Source: Candidatus Methylomirabilia bacterium (lineage in GTDB: Bacteria > Methylomirabilota > Methylomirabilia > Rokubacteriales > CSP1-6). From it: DNA of 64,000 nt. Below, piece after piece: positions 1 through 13,162 of this stretch. Below the pieces are notes generated by a model. It saw nothing but the letters and a program-made list of their open reading frames with translations. It ran no database searches and was not told the origin of the DNA. Numbering within the stretch: position 1 is the stretch's first letter; every line of letters begins with the position of its first letter. The stretch is taken from the NCBI GenBank assembly GCA_041496385.1, contig JBGQEL010000010.1:1-64000 (forward strand), read 5' to 3'. The position numbers and the translations under genes are program-made.

Positions 1-421
<421 letters not shown>

Positions 422-432
<11 letters not shown>

Positions 433-1348
433 CGAGGGAGCCGCCGAGGAGGGTCAGGATCACCGCCTTCTGCGCGTGAAGCCGGTTCTCGGCCTGGTCG
501 AGCACGATCGACTGCGGGCCGTCGAGGACCGCGTCGGTGATCTCCTCGCCCCGGTGCGCGGGCAGGCAGTGCATGACGAGCGCGGTGGACTTCGCGGCGC
601 CGACAACGGCCGCGTTCACCTGGTACCGGCTGAACGCTTCCAGCCGCTGCTCGCGCTCGGCCTCCTGCCCCATGCTGGTCCAGACGTCCGTGTAGACGAC
701 GTCGGCGCCGGCGGCGGCGCGCCCCGGATCGTCGGTGATCTCGAGCCGCCCGCCCAGCCGGCGGACCGTCGCCTGGACGCGCTCCTCCGGCGCGTAGCCG
801 GGCGGACACGCGACCACGAGCGAAGCGCCGAGGAGCGCGCCCAGGATCAGCACCGAGTGGCAGACGTTGTTGCCGTCGCCCACCCAGGCCAGGCGCATGG
901 ACGTGAAGTCCACGCCGCGCTCCCAGAGCGTGAAGAAGTCGGCGAGCGCCTGGCAGGGGTGCTCGAGATCCGAGAGGCCGTTGATCACCGGAATGCTCGC
1001 GTGACGCGCGAGCGTCTCGACCGTCTCGTGCGCGTACACGCGCGCCGCGATGCCGTCCACCCAGCGCGAGAGGTTGCGCGCCACGTCGGGCACCGACTCG
1101 CGGGTCCCGAGGCCGATCTCGTGGCCCGAGAGATGGACGGCGCGCCCGCCGAGCTGGATGATCCCGACTTCGAAGGTCACCCGGGTCCGGAGCGAGGGCT
1201 TCTCGAAGATCAGCGCGAGCGTCCGCCCCGCCAGCGGCGCCCCGCGTCGCCCGGCCTTCCACCGCTGCTTGAGGTCGGCCGCCAGCGCGAACATCTGGAG
1301 CGCGGCGTCACGGCTGAGATCGGCCGCGGAGAGGAAGTCCCGCATCAC
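422..1348 (-). CDS. argF: ornithine carbamoyltransferase
   Basis: [25 protein letters not shown] motifs; start GTG 1348 or ATG 1345. Confidence 0.96.
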
Positions 1349-2538
1349 GCCCGGCGCTCGAGCGCCCGGCCGATGGTCGCGAGCGCGCTGTCGCAGTCCC
1401 GCTGCTCCACGATGAGCGGCGGCGCGAGCCGCAGCACGCGCTCCCCCGCGGACAGCACGAGGAGGCCGGCGTCCCGGCAGGTGTCGACGATGGGCGCGAC
1501 CGGGCGGTCGAGTTCCACGCCGATGAGGAGGCCGCGGCCCCGCACGGCGCGGATCCCGGCGGGGCCGGCGGAGAGCCGGCGGATCCCGTCCATCAGGTAC
1601 CGGCCCGTCGCCGCCGCGCGGTCGGGAATCTTCTCACCGATGATTGTCTGCAGCGTCGTGAGGGCCACGGAAGTGACGAACGGCGTCCCGCCGAAGGTCG
1701 AGCCGTGCGTGCCGGGCCCGAGGGCGCGCGCGATCTCTTCGCGCGTCAGCATCGCGCCGATCGGCACGCCGTTGGCGAGCGCCTTCGCGACCGTCATGAT
1801 GTCCGGCTCGATCCCGGCGTGCTCGTACGCCCAGAGCTTCCCCGTCCGGCCGACGCCGGTCTGGATCTCGTCGAGGATGAGCAGGGTGCCGTTCGCGTCG
1901 CAGAGCTTGCGGAGCCCCGGCAGGTAGTCGTCGTCGGGTACGTGGACGCCGCCCTCGCCCTGGATCGGCTCGACGATGATCGCCGCGGTCCGGTTGTCGA
2001 TCGCGCGCTCCATCGCCCGGAGGTCGTTGTAGGGCACGTGCTTGAAGCCTGGCACGAGCGGCTCGAAGCCGTGCCAGTACTTTTCCTGCCCGGTCGCCGT
2101 CACGGTGGCGAACGTGCGCCCGTGGAACGAGTTCCAGGTGGAGATGATCTCGTAGCGGTCGGACGCGTAACGCTCCTTCGCGTGCTTGCGCGCCAGTTTC
2201 AGCGCCACCTCGTTCGCCTCGGCGCCCGAGTTGCAGAAAAAGACCCGCTCGGCGAACGAGTGCTCGCAGAGGAGCTTGGCGAGGTGGATCGGCGGCGCCG
2301 TGTGGTAGAGGTTCGAGACGTGCAGCAGCGTCGCCGCCGCCTCGCGGATCGCGCCGGTCACGCGCGGGTGGCAGTGGCCGAGGGCGACCACGGCGAGTCC
2401 GCCGCCGAAGTCGAGATACTCCTTGCCGTCGGAGTCCCAGACCCGCGCGCCGTCGCCGCGGACGAGGCAGATCGGCGCCCGCCCGTAGTTCGGGGTGTGG
2501 TACTTCGCCGACCACTCGATCAGCTGCTTGGTGTCCAT
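1345..2538 (-). CDS. argD: acetylornithine aminotransferase
   Basis: Class III PLP aminotransferase (NSGAEANE, SFHGRT, DEIQTG, AKALANG) in arg cluster. Confidence 0.93.
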   Translation of the reverse strand: MDTKQLIEWSAKYHTPNYGRAPICLVRGDGARVWDSDGKEYLDFGGGLAVVALGHCHPRVTGAIREAAATLLHVSNLYHTAPPIHLAKLLCEHSFAERVFFCNSGAEANEVALKLARKHAKERYASDRYEIISTWNSFHGRTFATVTATGQEKYWHGFEPLVPGFKHVPYNDLRAMERAIDNRTAAIIVEPIQGEGGVHVPDDDYLPGLRKLCDANGTLLILDEIQTGVGRTGKLWAYEHAGIEPDIMTVAKALANGVPIGAMLTREEIARALGPGTHGSTFGGTPFVTSVALTTLQTIIGEKIPDRAAATGRYLMDGIRRLSAGPAGIRAVRGRGLLIGVELDRPVAPIVDTCRDAGLLVLSAGERVLRLAPPLIVEQRDCDSALATIGRALERRA

Positions 2539-2554
2539 GCCCGCCGTCCCTTCC

Positions 2555-3418
2555 CTAGAGAACGATCTCGGTGCCGACGCCTTCGCGCGTGAAAAGCTCC
2601 AGGAGGATCGCGTGCGGCACCCGCCCGTCGACGATGTGCGCCTTCGACGTGCCGCCCTCGAGCGCGCGCAGGGACGACTCCACCTTGGGCAGCATGCCTC
2701 CGTCGATGACGCCGGCGCTCATGAGGCGCTCGGCCTCCTTGCGCGAGAGCGTGCTCACGAGGCGGCCGTCCTGGCCGAGGATACCCTGGACGTCGGTCAG
2801 GTGGATGAGCTTCTCGGCGCCGAGCGCCGCCGCGACCTCGCCCGCAACCAGGTCGGCGTTGATGTTGTAGGTCTCGCCCGCGCGTCCCACGCCCACGGGC
2901 GCGATCACCGGGATGAACCCGTTGTCCTCGAGGAGCCGAATCGGCTCGGTGTTGACCTCCTCGACCTCGCCGACCAGGCCGAGGTCGACCTCCTCGCCGG
3001 TCGGGAGCCGGTGCGTCCGTTTCCGCGCACGCAGGAGGCCCGCGTCCTTGCCCGACAGCCCGACCGCCTTGCCGCCGTGGTGGTTGATGAGCCCGACGAT
3101 CTCCTTGTTGATCTTCCCGACGAGCACCATCTCGACGATCTCGATCGTCTCCTCGTCGGTCACCCGCATGCCGCCGACGAAGCGCGGCTCCTTGCCGAGG
3201 CGCTTCATGAGCAGGCCGATCTGCGGCCCGCCGCCGTGGACGATCACGGGCTTGATACCGACGAGGCCCAGGAGCAGGACGTCGAGCGCGAAGGGCTCCT
3301 TCAGGTCGGCGCGCTCCATCGCGGCGCCGCCGTACTTGATGACGACGGTCTTGCCCCGGAACTCCCGGATGTACGGGAGCGCCTCGAGCAGGACCTCCAC
3401 CCGCCTCGGGTCGGTCAC
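2555..3418 (-). CDS. argB: acetylglutamate kinase
   Basis: EALPYI, VIKYGG, VHGGGP, NINAD, GGMLPK; start reassigned to GTG 3418. Confidence 0.94.
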   Translation of the reverse strand: MTDPRRVEVLLEALPYIREFRGKTVVIKYGGAAMERADLKEPFALDVLLLGLVGIKPVIVHGGGPQIGLLMKRLGKEPRFVGGMRVTDEETIEIVEMVLVGKINKEIVGLINHHGGKAVGLSGKDAGLLRARKRTHRLPTGEEVDLGLVGEVEEVNTEPIRLLEDNGFIPVIAPVGVGRAGETYNINADLVAGEVAAALGAEKLIHLTDVQGILGQDGRLVSTLSRKEAERLMSAGVIDGGMLPKVESSLRALEGGTSKAHIVDGRVPHAILLELFTREGVGTEIVL

Positions 3419-3455
3419 GGGCTCGTCTCGTCCGCGACGGCGGCTGGCGCGGCCA

Positions 3456-4813
<1,358 letters not shown>

Positions 4814-4817
<4 letters not shown>

Positions 4818-5347
4818 AGGACCTCCACGGTGACGCGCTCGTTCGTGTAGACGCAGATCGAGGCGGCGACGCGCATCGCCTCGGTCACGATCGCACGGGC
4901 ATCGAGATCGGAGTGGGCGACGAGCGCGCGGGCCGCGGCCAGCGCGTACGGGCCGCCCGAGCCGATGCCGATGAGGCCGTCGTCGGGCTCGATGACGTCG
5001 CCGGTGCCGGACAGGATGAAGGACTGCTCACGGTCGGCGACCGCGAGGAGCGCCTCCAGGCGCCGGAGCACGCGGTCGTTGCGCCAGTCCTTCGCCAGCT
5101 CCACCGCGGCGCGCGGCAGGTTCCCGCGGTGCTCGTCCAGCTTCGCCTCGAACCGCGCGAAGAGCGTGAAGGCGTCGGCTGCCGTGCCCGCGAACCCGGC
5201 GAGGATCCGGTCGTGGTAGAGCTTGCGGACCTTCCGCGCGCCCGCCTTCACGATCGTGCTCCCGATGGAGACCTGCCCGTCACCCGCGAGCGCGACCTGC
5301 CCGCGGTGCCGGACGGCGAGGATCGTCGTCGCGTGCACCGGCTGCAT
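4814..5347 (-). CDS. hslV: ATP-dependent protease peptidase subunit HslV
   Basis: HATTILAV (catalytic Thr after short propeptide), GDGQV, GSGG, CVYTN. Confidence 0.97.
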
Positions 5348-5355
5348 GCGGGCGA

Positions 5356-6237
5356 TCAGGCTTGCGCGCGCGCGCGGGGATGGGCGGCGTCGTAGACACG
5401 CATGAGCTGATCGGCGCCGACGTGCGTGTACCGCTGCGTCGTGGACAGGCGGCTGTGGCCGAGGAACTCCTGGATCGCCCGGAGGTCGGCGCCCGCATCG
5501 AGCAGATGCGTGGCGAAGGTGTGCCGCAGGGTGTGTGGGCTCACGCGGCGCGTGAGCCCCGCCGCCGCGGCGCTCCGCTTCACGAGCCCGTGAATCGCCC
5601 GCGCCGTGAGCCGCCCGCCCCGGTGGTTGGTGAAGACCGGTCCGCGCGACGCGGCGCGGGGCGCGAGGTACGCGTCGAGCGCCACCGCCGCCTTCCCGCC
5701 GTAGGGCACCATGCGCTCCTTGCGTCCCTTGCCGAGGACCCGCACGGTCGCGCCCGACCGGTCCACGTTCTCGAGGTCGAGGCCGGCGAGCTCCGAGACC
5801 CGGAGGCCGGTGGCGTAGAGCAGCTCGAGGATCGCGACGTCGCGCGCGCGCGACGCGCCCCCGAGGGCCTTGGCCTCCACGAGAATCGCCGCCTCGTCGA
5901 TCGGCAGGAACGAGACGAGCTTCGTGGGCAGGCGCGGTGACCGCACCTCGCGGGCCACGTTCCGCTCGAGCACGCCGCGGCGGACCAGGAACCTGAGCCA
6001 GCTCCGCAGCGCGGCGAGCTTCCGCGCGATCGAGCTGGCTTCGAGGCCGCGCGTGTGCAGGTGCGCCAGGAATCCCCGCACCGTGCGCGCGTCGAGCGTG
6101 CGCAGTGGCTCCCCCTCGCCCCGTCCGATGAACGTCTGGAACTCGAGCAGGTCCGTCCGGTAGCTCTTCAGCGTGTGGGGCGACGCGTCCTTCTCGAGCG
6201 CGAGGTAGCGCAGGAACGCCGCGAGCGGGTCCTTCAT
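5356..6237 (-). CDS. xerC: tyrosine recombinase XerC
   Basis: [43 protein letters not shown] 6237 overlaps topA stop; topA-xerC-hslVU synteny. Confidence 0.9.
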   Translation of the reverse strand: MKDPLAAFLRYLALEKDASPHTLKSYRTDLLEFQTFIGRGEGEPLRTLDARTVRGFLAHLHTRGLEASSIARKLAALRSWLRFLVRRGVLERNVAREVRSPRLPTKLVSFLPIDEAAILVEAKALGGASRARDVAILELLYATGLRVSELAGLDLENVDRSGATVRVLGKGRKERMVPYGGKAAVALDAYLAPRAASRGPVFTNHRGGRLTARAIHGLVKRSAAAAGLTRRVSPHTLRHTFATHLLDAGADLRAIQEFLGHSRLSTTQRYTHVGADQLMRVYDAAHPRARAQA

Positions 6238-8480
6238 GCGACCGTCGTCTCGGCCTCCTGTTCGAAGTCGCACCCTTCCTTTACGCAGCGCCGAACCACG
6301 CGGCCGCGCGCCGCGCGCTCGGTCGTGAACGGTGCGCCACACTTCGGGCAGGGTTCCGCGATGGGGCGCTGCCAGACGACGAACTTGCAGCCGGGGTACG
6401 CCGAGCAGCCGAAGAAGGTCCGGCCGCGCTTGGAGCGGCGCTCGACGATCTGGCCCGTGCAGCCCGGCTCGGGACACGCGATCCCGAGGGTGACCGGCTT
6501 GGTGGTCTTGCACTCGGGGTAGCCCGAGCAGGCGATGAACTTGCCGTAGCGCCCGTGCTTGATCACCATCGGCTTGCTGCAGGTCGGACAGATCTCATCC
6601 GTCGGCTGGTCCGCCGCGCGCTCGCTGCCGCCGAGGTTGCGGGTGTATTTGCAGTCGGGGTACGCCGAGCACGCCAGGAACTTGCCAAAGCGCCCGCGGC
6701 GCTCGAGCAGGGCCTCGCCGCACTCCGGGCACTTCTCGTCGGTCGGCGCGCCGACCTTCACGTTGCGCATCCCCTTCTTCGCCTTCTCGAGGTCCCGCTT
6801 GAACGGCGTGTAGAACTCCTGGACCGTGTCCACCCACTTCCGGTCTCCCTCCTCAATCTTGTCGAGGCGGTCCTCCATCTGTGCGGTGAACTCGACGTCC
6901 ATGATCTCGGGGAAGTAGGGCTTCAGCAGGTCGGTGACCTCGGTGCCGAGCTCGGTCGGGATGAGCGCCCGGCGCTCGCGGTGCACGTACCCCCGGTCGT
7001 TGATGATCGTGCCGAGGATGGACGCGTAGGTGGAGGGTCGGCCGATCCCGAGCTCCTCGAGCGCCTTGATCAGCGAGGCCTCCGTGTAGCGTGGCGGAGG
7101 CTGCGTGAAGTGTTGCTTGGGCTCGAGCTCGACCAGCCGGAGCACTTCACCTTCCCGGAGCTCCGGCATCGCGCCCTCGGCGTCCTCGTCGCTGCGAACC
7201 TCGTCCTCCCGGCTCTCCTCGTACACCGCCGTGAAGCCCTTGAACTTGAGCACGGAGCCCTGGGCGCGGAAGAGACAGCGGCCGGCTTCGATATCCGCGC
7301 TCACCGTGTCATAGACCGCCGGCATCATCTGGCTGGCGAGGAAGCGCTCCCAGATGAGGCGATAGAGGGCGAGCTGATCCTTGTTGAGGAAGGCGGCGAT
7401 GCTCTTCGGGTCGTGCCGCACTTCCGAGGGGCGCACCGCCTCGTGCGCCTCCTGAGCGCTCCCGCGCGAGCGGTAGACCGGGGCGGTGTCGGGAACGTAC
7501 TCACGCCCGAGCCGGCCCGTGAGCCACTCCCGCGCCTCGTCCTGCGCCTCCCGCGCGACGCGCACCGAATCGGTTCGCATGTACGTGATGAGGCCTTCGG
7601 GGCCCTCCGCGCCGAGGTCGATCCCCTCGTAGAGCTGCTGGGCGACCGTCATCGTCTTCTTCGCGGTGAACCCGAGCTTGCGGCCCGCCTCCTGCTGGAG
7701 CGTGGAGGTGATGAACGGCGGCGCGGGGTTCCGGCGGCGCTCGCCGCGCGTGACCGCCTTGACGACGTAGCGCGCGCCCTCGAGCGACGCCATGAGCGCG
7801 CGCGTTCCCTGCTCGTCGGCGAGCGACGCCTTCTCGCCCCCGACCTCCTTGAGCGTGGCCACGAACTCCGGCGGAAGCGTGGTGGCCAGCCGGGCGTGGA
7901 GCGACCAGTACTCGACAGGCACGAACGCCTGGATCTCCCGCTCGCGGTCGACGATGATCCGCACGGCCACCGACTGGACGCGGCCGGCCGAGAGGCCTCG
8001 CTGGACCTTGTCCCAGAGGAGCGGCGAGAGGCTGTAGCCCACGAGACGGTCGAGGATACGGCGCGCCTGCTGGGCATCCACCTTCTTGAGGTCGATCTTC
8101 CCGGGCTTGAGGAACGCCGCCTTCACCGCGCGCTCCGTGATCTCGTTGAAGGTGATGCGGAAGACGTTCTTCTTGTCGACGTCGAGCTCTTGCGCGAGGT
8201 GCCAGCCGATGGCCTCGCCCTCGCGATCCGGGTCGGTCGCGACGTAGAGCGTATCCACCTTCTCCGCCGCCTTCTTCAGCTCGTCGAGCACCTTCTTCTT
8301 CGTCGGCGACACGACGTACTTCGGCTTGAACCCCTTCTTCGGGTCCACGCCGAGCTGCGATTTCGGGAGATCGCGCACGTGACCCATCGAGGCCTTCACG
8401 ATGAAGGCCGAGCTCAGATACTTCTGGATCGTCTTCACCTTCGTCGGCGACTCCACCACGACCAGCGACCGCTTTGCCAC
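6234..8480 (-). CDS. topA: DNA topoisomerase I with C-terminal zinc ribbons
   Basis: VVESPTK, DPDREGE, SAGRVQS, ITYMRTD, repeated CPxC...CSxYPxC; start GTG 8480. Confidence 0.96.
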   Translation of the reverse strand: MAKRSLVVVESPTKVKTIQKYLSSAFIVKASMGHVRDLPKSQLGVDPKKGFKPKYVVSPTKKKVLDELKKAAEKVDTLYVATDPDREGEAIGWHLAQELDVDKKNVFRITFNEITERAVKAAFLKPGKIDLKKVDAQQARRILDRLVGYSLSPLLWDKVQRGLSAGRVQSVAVRIIVDREREIQAFVPVEYWSLHARLATTLPPEFVATLKEVGGEKASLADEQGTRALMASLEGARYVVKAVTRGERRRNPAPPFITSTLQQEAGRKLGFTAKKTMTVAQQLYEGIDLGAEGPEGLITYMRTDSVRVAREAQDEAREWLTGRLGREYVPDTAPVYRSRGSAQEAHEAVRPSEVRHDPKSIAAFLNKDQLALYRLIWERFLASQMMPAVYDTVSADIEAGRCLFRAQGSVLKFKGFTAVYEESREDEVRSDEDAEGAMPELREGEVLRLVELEPKQHFTQPPPRYTEASLIKALEELGIGRPSTYASILGTIINDRGYVHRERRALIPTELGTEVTDLLKPYFPEIMDVEFTAQMEDRLDKIEEGDRKWVDTVQEFYTPFKRDLEKAKKGMRNVKVGAPTDEKCPECGEALLERRGRFGKFLACSAYPDCKYTRNLGGSERAADQPTDEICPTCSKPMVIKHGRYGKFIACSGYPECKTTKPVTLGIACPEPGCTGQIVERRSKRGRTFFGCSAYPGCKFVVWQRPIAEPCPKCGAPFTTERAARGRVVRRCVKEGCDFEQEAETTVA

Positions 8481-9373
8481 TACGCTCTCCTCGCTCCAAT
8501 CGTCACCGAGACCCACCGCTGTCCCGAAAGCTGCCGGGCCCACCCGCCCAGCTCGAGGGCCACGAGCGTCACCGCCGCGCGCGCGGGCGACAGGCCCGCG
8601 CGGGCGATCAGCCGCTCGATCTGCTGAGGCTCGTCCGGCGTCAACAACTCCAGCATTCTGGCTTCGTCACTCCCGTTGTCCGGCGGCGCCGGCGCGGATT
8701 CGCTCACCGATGGACTGCGTACCGCACGCCTCCACGGCTCCGGCAATTCTGACACGATGTCCTGCCAGCCGGTTATCAGTTTAGCACCGTCCTGGATGAG
8801 ACGGTTCGCACCGGCCGACTGCGCAGAGGTGATTCGGCCAGGAATTGCGAACACTTCGCGGCCGAGATCGCCTGCGAATCCGGCGGTGATGAGTGCGCCG
8901 CTGCGCTCCCCGGCCTCGACCACGAGGACGCCCAGCGCGAGCCCCGCGAGGGTCCGGTTCCTGGCCGGAAAGTGGCCCGGGCGTACCGGCACCCCGGGCG
9001 CGAATTGCGAGACGAGCGCGCCCCGCGCCTCGATCTGGCGCGCCAGCGCGTGGTTCTCGGGCGGATACATGACGTCGAGGCCCGAGCCGAGCACGGCGAT
9101 AGTCCGGCCGCCTGCGGCGAGTGCGCCACGGTGCGCCGCCGTGTCGATCCCCCGCGCGAAACCGCTCACGATCGTGACGCCGCGCGCGGCGAGCTCCCCG
9201 GCGAGGCGCTCCGCGACCTCGAGGCCGTACGGGGTGGCGCGGCGCGCGCCCACGATCGCGAGCGCGAGCGCATCCTCGGCCGCGAGCGCGCCCCGCACCC
9301 AGAGGGCGGGCGGCGACGACACGGCGCCGAGGAGCGCGGGATACCCGGGTGCGCCCGGTTCGAGAGGGCTCAT
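8480..9373 (-). CDS. dprA: DNA processing protein DprA (appears to lack the N-terminal SAM domain)
   Basis: AIVGAR, VSGFARGIDTAAH, FPARNR, SGALITA; start uncertain (ATG 9373). Confidence 0.9.
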   Translation of the reverse strand: MSPLEPGAPGYPALLGAVSSPPALWVRGALAAEDALALAIVGARRATPYGLEVAERLAGELAARGVTIVSGFARGIDTAAHRGALAAGGRTIAVLGSGLDVMYPPENHALARQIEARGALVSQFAPGVPVRPGHFPARNRTLAGLALGVLVVEAGERSGALITAGFAGDLGREVFAIPGRITSAQSAGANRLIQDGAKLITGWQDIVSELPEPWRRAVRSPSVSESAPAPPDNGSDEARMLELLTPDEPQQIERLIARAGLSPARAAVTLVALELGGWARQLSGQRWVSVTIGARRA

Positions 9374-9458
9374 GGTGGCCGCAGCGCGGCGGCCCCTGAG
9401 TACACCGCCCACGCCGGGCTCGCAAGAGAGTCCGGAGTGATACGGTGGGGATGCCCGC

Positions 9459-10250
9459 CTAGCGGATGGCGGATTCGTGACGGCGGAGCAGTGCCCGGGC
9501 GATGGTCGCCGGCTCGCTGCCCCCATGCTCGCGCACCACCGCCTGCCACGCGGCGCGCGCGCGCACGGGGTCGTGCAGGCTCCAGTGACAGAGCCCGGTC
9601 TTCACGAGCGCGTCGGGGACCTTCCCCGCGCCCATCTCGATCACCTTCTGGAACTCGAGCAGCGCCTGCCGGTAGTCCCGCTGCACGTAGTAGGCCTCAC
9701 CGATCCAGTACTGCGCGTTCGCGGCGAGCGGATGCTTCGGGTACTTGCCGATGAGGTCCGTGAAGTCGAGCACCGCCTGACCGTACTCACGCGCCCGGTA
9801 CAGGGCCAGCGCGGTCGCGTAGGCCTGGTCGGGCGCGATCGAGCGCTCCCGCGCCTCGCGCGGCTCGGCACGGCGCTCCACCGGGGCCCTGGGCGCGGGC
9901 GCCGGCGCGGCCGGCGCCGTGGTGGCGGGCGCGGGCGGCGGCGCTTCCACGAGCGCGCGCGTCTTCTTGATCTCGTCTTCGGCGGCGCTCACGCGCGCGG
10001 CGAGCCTCGCGAGGTCGTCCGAGGCCGTGCGCACCCCCGAACCCAGCTCTCGCGTGCGGGCGTCGAGCGCCTGGAGCTCCGATCGGGCGCGGGCGATCTC
10101 GCGGGTCGACAGCTCCTGGGCGGAACGCGCGTCGGCCAGCTCCGCGCGGAGCCTGGTGACGTCGGACTGGAGACGATTCACCGTGCCCCGGCTCGCGCAG
10201 CCGGTCGCGAGGACAGCCGTGACGGCCACCACGCCGAGGGCACGATTCAT
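9459..10250 (-). CDS. cpoB: Tol-Pal associated lipoprotein CpoB/YbgF (coiled coil + TPR)
   Basis: Lipobox LATGC, coiled coil, Pro/Ala linker, YPKHPLAANAQYWIGEAYY TPR. Confidence 0.8.
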   Translation of the reverse strand: MNRALGVVAVTAVLATGCASRGTVNRLQSDVTRLRAELADARSAQELSTREIARARSELQALDARTRELGSGVRTASDDLARLAARVSAAEDEIKKTRALVEAPPPAPATTAPAAPAPAPRAPVERRAEPREARERSIAPDQAYATALALYRAREYGQAVLDFTDLIGKYPKHPLAANAQYWIGEAYYVQRDYRQALLEFQKVIEMGAGKVPDALVKTGLCHWSLHDPVRARAAWQAVVREHGGSEPATIARALLRRHESAIR

Positions 10251-10258
10251 CCGCGGCG

Positions 10259-10288
10259 ACCCTAGCACGCGGGCGAAAACGAAGTCAA
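10259..10288 (-). promoter_or_regulatory. sigma70-type promoter of cpoB
   Basis: TTGACT-18 nt-TAGGGT with TG extension, 8 nt before the ATG. Confidence 0.5.
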
Positions 10289-10300
10289 CGGGGGGGCGCG

Positions 10301-11515
10301 TCAGCGCGCGCGCGGTTCGAGGCCGCGCAGCAGGATGACGTCGACCGCGCCGCCTGCGTCCACGACCGTGTCGGGCGCGACGACCGCCAGGCCGTCGGCG
10401 AGGACCATCGACCGCAGAATGCCGGAGCCCTGGTCGCCGGTGAGCCGGGCGCCCCAGCCGCCGTCCCCCGCGCGGTCGAGCGTGACGCGCAGGTACCCTC
10501 GCCGGGGGCCGGGATTCGCGATCCGCGCGAGCGCGCGCGCCCGAACCCGCGGCCGCTCGACGTCGACGCAGCCCATCATCCGGCGGAGCGCCGGACGCAC
10601 GAAGAGCTCGAACGTCACCATCGCCGAGACGGGATTGCCCGGCAGCCCGAAGACGGGGCGGCCGGCGAGCGAGCCGAACGTGATCGGCTTGCCCGGGCGC
10701 ATCGAGACCTTCCAGAGATGGAGCTCCGCTCCGCTGCGCTCGAGCGCGTCGCGCACGAGATCGAGCTCGCCGACCGACACGCCGGCCGAGGAGACGAGGA
10801 CGTCGGCCGCGGTCGCCCAGCCCACCCGCTCGACGATCGCCTCGAGGCGATCGGGCGCGACGCCCAGGCTCACCGGTTCGGCGCCCGCCTCGAGCGTCTG
10901 CGCCATCAGCGAGTAGGTGTTCGTGTTCGGGATCTGGCCGGGCCCGGGAGCCGTGCCGAGGTCGGCGAGCTCGTTGCCTGTCGAGAGAATCGCGACGCGC
11001 GGACGCCGATAGACGCGAACCCGGGCGTATCCGAGCGTGGCGAGAAGCCCGACTTCCGCCGAGCCGACCATCTGGCCCGCCGGCACCACGACGTCGCCCG
11101 CGCGCACGTCCTCACCGGCGGGCCGCACGAACGCGCCGCGCGCCACGGGCTGCCGCAGCTCGATCCGGCCGCCCTCGGCGACCACGTCCTCCTGCGGCAC
11201 GACGGCGTCGGAACCCTGGGGCAGCGGCGCACCGGTGAAGATCCGCATCGCCTCGCCCGCGCCGACCCGTCGCGCCGGGAGCTCGCCCGCGGCCACGCGG
11301 CCGACGACCTCGAGCTCGGCGCGGCCGGCCCGCGTGTCGTCGGCCCGGATCGCGTAACCGTCCATCGAGGAGTTGGGCCAGGGCGGCAGCTCCCGGCCGG
11401 CCACGACGGGCTCGGCCAGGACGCGGCCCAGCGCGGCGAGCACCTCGACCTGCTCCGTTCCGAGCGGGCGCACGCGTGAGAGAATCTGCGCCAGCGCCTC
11501 TTCGACGCTCAGCAT
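10301..11515 (-). CDS. moeA: molybdopterin molybdotransferase MoeA
   Basis: SSMDGYA, RIFTGAPLP, STGNEL, MRPGKP, GLPGNPVS. Confidence 0.95.
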   Translation of the reverse strand: MLSVEEALAQILSRVRPLGTEQVEVLAALGRVLAEPVVAGRELPPWPNSSMDGYAIRADDTRAGRAELEVVGRVAAGELPARRVGAGEAMRIFTGAPLPQGSDAVVPQEDVVAEGGRIELRQPVARGAFVRPAGEDVRAGDVVVPAGQMVGSAEVGLLATLGYARVRVYRRPRVAILSTGNELADLGTAPGPGQIPNTNTYSLMAQTLEAGAEPVSLGVAPDRLEAIVERVGWATAADVLVSSAGVSVGELDLVRDALERSGAELHLWKVSMRPGKPITFGSLAGRPVFGLPGNPVSAMVTFELFVRPALRRMMGCVDVERPRVRARALARIANPGPRRGYLRVTLDRAGDGGWGARLTGDQGSGILRSMVLADGLAVVAPDTVVDAGGAVDVILLRGLEPRAR

Positions 11516-11521
11516 GCTCGT

Positions 11522-11527
11522 ATTGTA
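11522..11527 (-). promoter_or_regulatory. -10 element for probable leaderless moeA transcript
   Basis: TACAAT 6 nt upstream of the ATG; no Shine-Dalgarno. Confidence 0.5.
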
Positions 11528-11546
11528 GCGGGGACGGCGCGCCGGT

Positions 11547-12659
11547 CTAGTGGTGGCCCGTGTGCGGCAGGTTCAGGACCGGCCTGTAGCGGTTGAAGAA
11601 GCTCCGCCGGCAGAGCAGGAAGAGGGCGAGGAACCCCAGCGTGATCGCGATGTCCCGCGCGCCGAGCGGGAGCCGGGCGGCGGCCGAGACCGACGGGAAG
11701 ACGACGAAGACGCGCTCGAGGAAGATCGCGACCAGGCCGAAGAGCGCGACGACGACCAGCGGCGCGTGCCGGTGCGGCGGTCGCCCCGTCAGCCGCTTGA
11801 GCAGGTACGCAAACGGCACCAGCCAGCCGACGACGAACACGACCCACGCGAGCGTCTGCCAGGGCTGCACGAAGAGGCGTTTGACGAAGAAGCGCGTCTC
11901 GGCGGGCACGTTCCCATACCAGATCACCAGGTACTGCGACCAGAAGAAGTACATCCACATGATCGACAGGGCGAACTGGAGCTTGGCGACGTCCTGGATC
12001 GCGGCCGGGGGGATCGACGCCTGGCCGCGCGCGTTGGCCCGCACCGAGAGGATCGAGAGCAGGCAGAGCGTGGTGTAGAACGTGCTCACGACGAAGTAGC
12101 CGCCGAAGAGCCCGCTGTACCACATGGGCTCGAGCGACATCACGAGGTCGAAGCCCCAGAGCGAGACGACGACCACCCAGAGCATCAGGAGAACGACCGC
12201 GAGCCGGTTGCGGCGCGCACGCTCGCCCGCGTCGTCCGGCGGCATCGCGTCGCGAAGCAGCGCCCGCACGAACGCCATCGCGACCAGAAAGAGCAGCACC
12301 GTCCCGACCCACGTCCGGGCCCAGAAGAAGTTCCAGGTCAGCCAGGGCTCCTTGGCCGGGATGGGGGTCGTGACCCACGGGTAGAGCGTGACGCCGCCGA
12401 GGCTCAGCAGCACGAACAGCACGAACGCGACCGGCAGAAATCCCGAGGTGGTCAGGGCGATGCGGCGGACGCTCGGCGACCAGCGCGCCTCGGTGAGCTG
12501 CATCATCGCCGCGATCGCGGGCCCCGTGACCGCGAGCCCCGACCAGAAGACGAGGTTGACCAGGTAGATCGACCAGACCTGGGCCGCGTCCGTCGAGCGC
12601 GCCCCGGTCAGGAACGCTACTGCGCCGAGCGCCACGATGAGGCCCCAGACGATCGTCAT
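11547..12659 (-). CDS. actF: alternative complex III membrane subunit ActF
   Basis: Polytopic; DLVMSLEPMWYSGLFG and WMYFFWSQYLVIWYGN motifs; ATG 12659 overlaps actE stop. Confidence 0.85.
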   Translation of the reverse strand: MTIVWGLIVALGAVAFLTGARSTDAAQVWSIYLVNLVFWSGLAVTGPAIAAMMQLTEARWSPSVRRIALTTSGFLPVAFVLFVLLSLGGVTLYPWVTTPIPAKEPWLTWNFFWARTWVGTVLLFLVAMAFVRALLRDAMPPDDAGERARRNRLAVVLLMLWVVVVSLWGFDLVMSLEPMWYSGLFGGYFVVSTFYTTLCLLSILSVRANARGQASIPPAAIQDVAKLQFALSIMWMYFFWSQYLVIWYGNVPAETRFFVKRLFVQPWQTLAWVVFVVGWLVPFAYLLKRLTGRPPHRHAPLVVVALFGLVAIFLERVFVVFPSVSAAARLPLGARDIAITLGFLALFLLCRRSFFNRYRPVLNLPHTGHH

Positions 12660-13162
12660 TTCTGCGCGAGGGTCCGGAGGAAGTTCACGAGGTGCCACGC
12701 CTCTTCGGAGGAGAGCGCCTCGCCGTACGACGGCATCACCGCGCCGCCCACGACGATGTAGCTGTGCCAGTAGCCGTCGGTGCGCTGCTTCTGGAACTCG
12801 GCGTTCGTGAGGTCGGGCGGCGGGATGAACTTCGTCGCCACCGCACCCGTCACCCCGCCCTTGCCCTCGGGCCCGTGGCAGGGCGCGCAGAAGGTCGCGA
12901 AGTGCGCGCGGCCCACCGCGACGGACGCCGCCGAGGGCTTCACCGGGTTCGGCTGCTTCGCCGCGACGTCGCGCTGCTCCCGGGGAATCACGAGATCGCC
13001 GCCGCGCGGCACCACGCCCGCGGGCATCTTGAAGACGCGCTCGCCCGGCACGATCCGGGCCGTCTGCGTCATGTCGTCCGTCCAGTGTACGACGACGGCT
13101 CCGCCGATCAGCCCGCCGGCGCCGGCGACGGCCAGGAGCGTGAGCATGAAGACCCACTTCAC
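12656..13162 (-). CDS. actE: alternative complex III monoheme cytochrome c ActE
   Basis: Single CAPCH, distal Met (VMPSY); GTG 13162 overlaps actD stop. Confidence 0.85.
   Translation of the reverse strand: MKWVFMLTLLAVAGAGGLIGGAVVVHWTDDMTQTARIVPGERVFKMPAGVVPRGGDLVIPREQRDVAAKQPNPVKPSAASVAVGRAHFATFCAPCHGPEGKGGVTGAVATKFIPPPDLTNAEFQKQRTDGYWHSYIVVGGAVMPSYGEALSSEEAWHLVNFLRTLAQK

Noticed and set aside
5356..6237. Tyrosine recombinase as a prophage or island integrase
   Set aside because: Housekeeping dprA-topA-xerC-hslVU context; no att repeats or cargo genes seen
8630..8900. Lower-GC patch at the dprA 3' end
   Set aside because: Frame is intact; could hide a topA promoter but no convincing -35/-10 pair was found
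9880..9945. GC-rich repetitive stretch in cpoB
   Set aside because: Encodes a Pro/Ala linker; not a DNA repeat element
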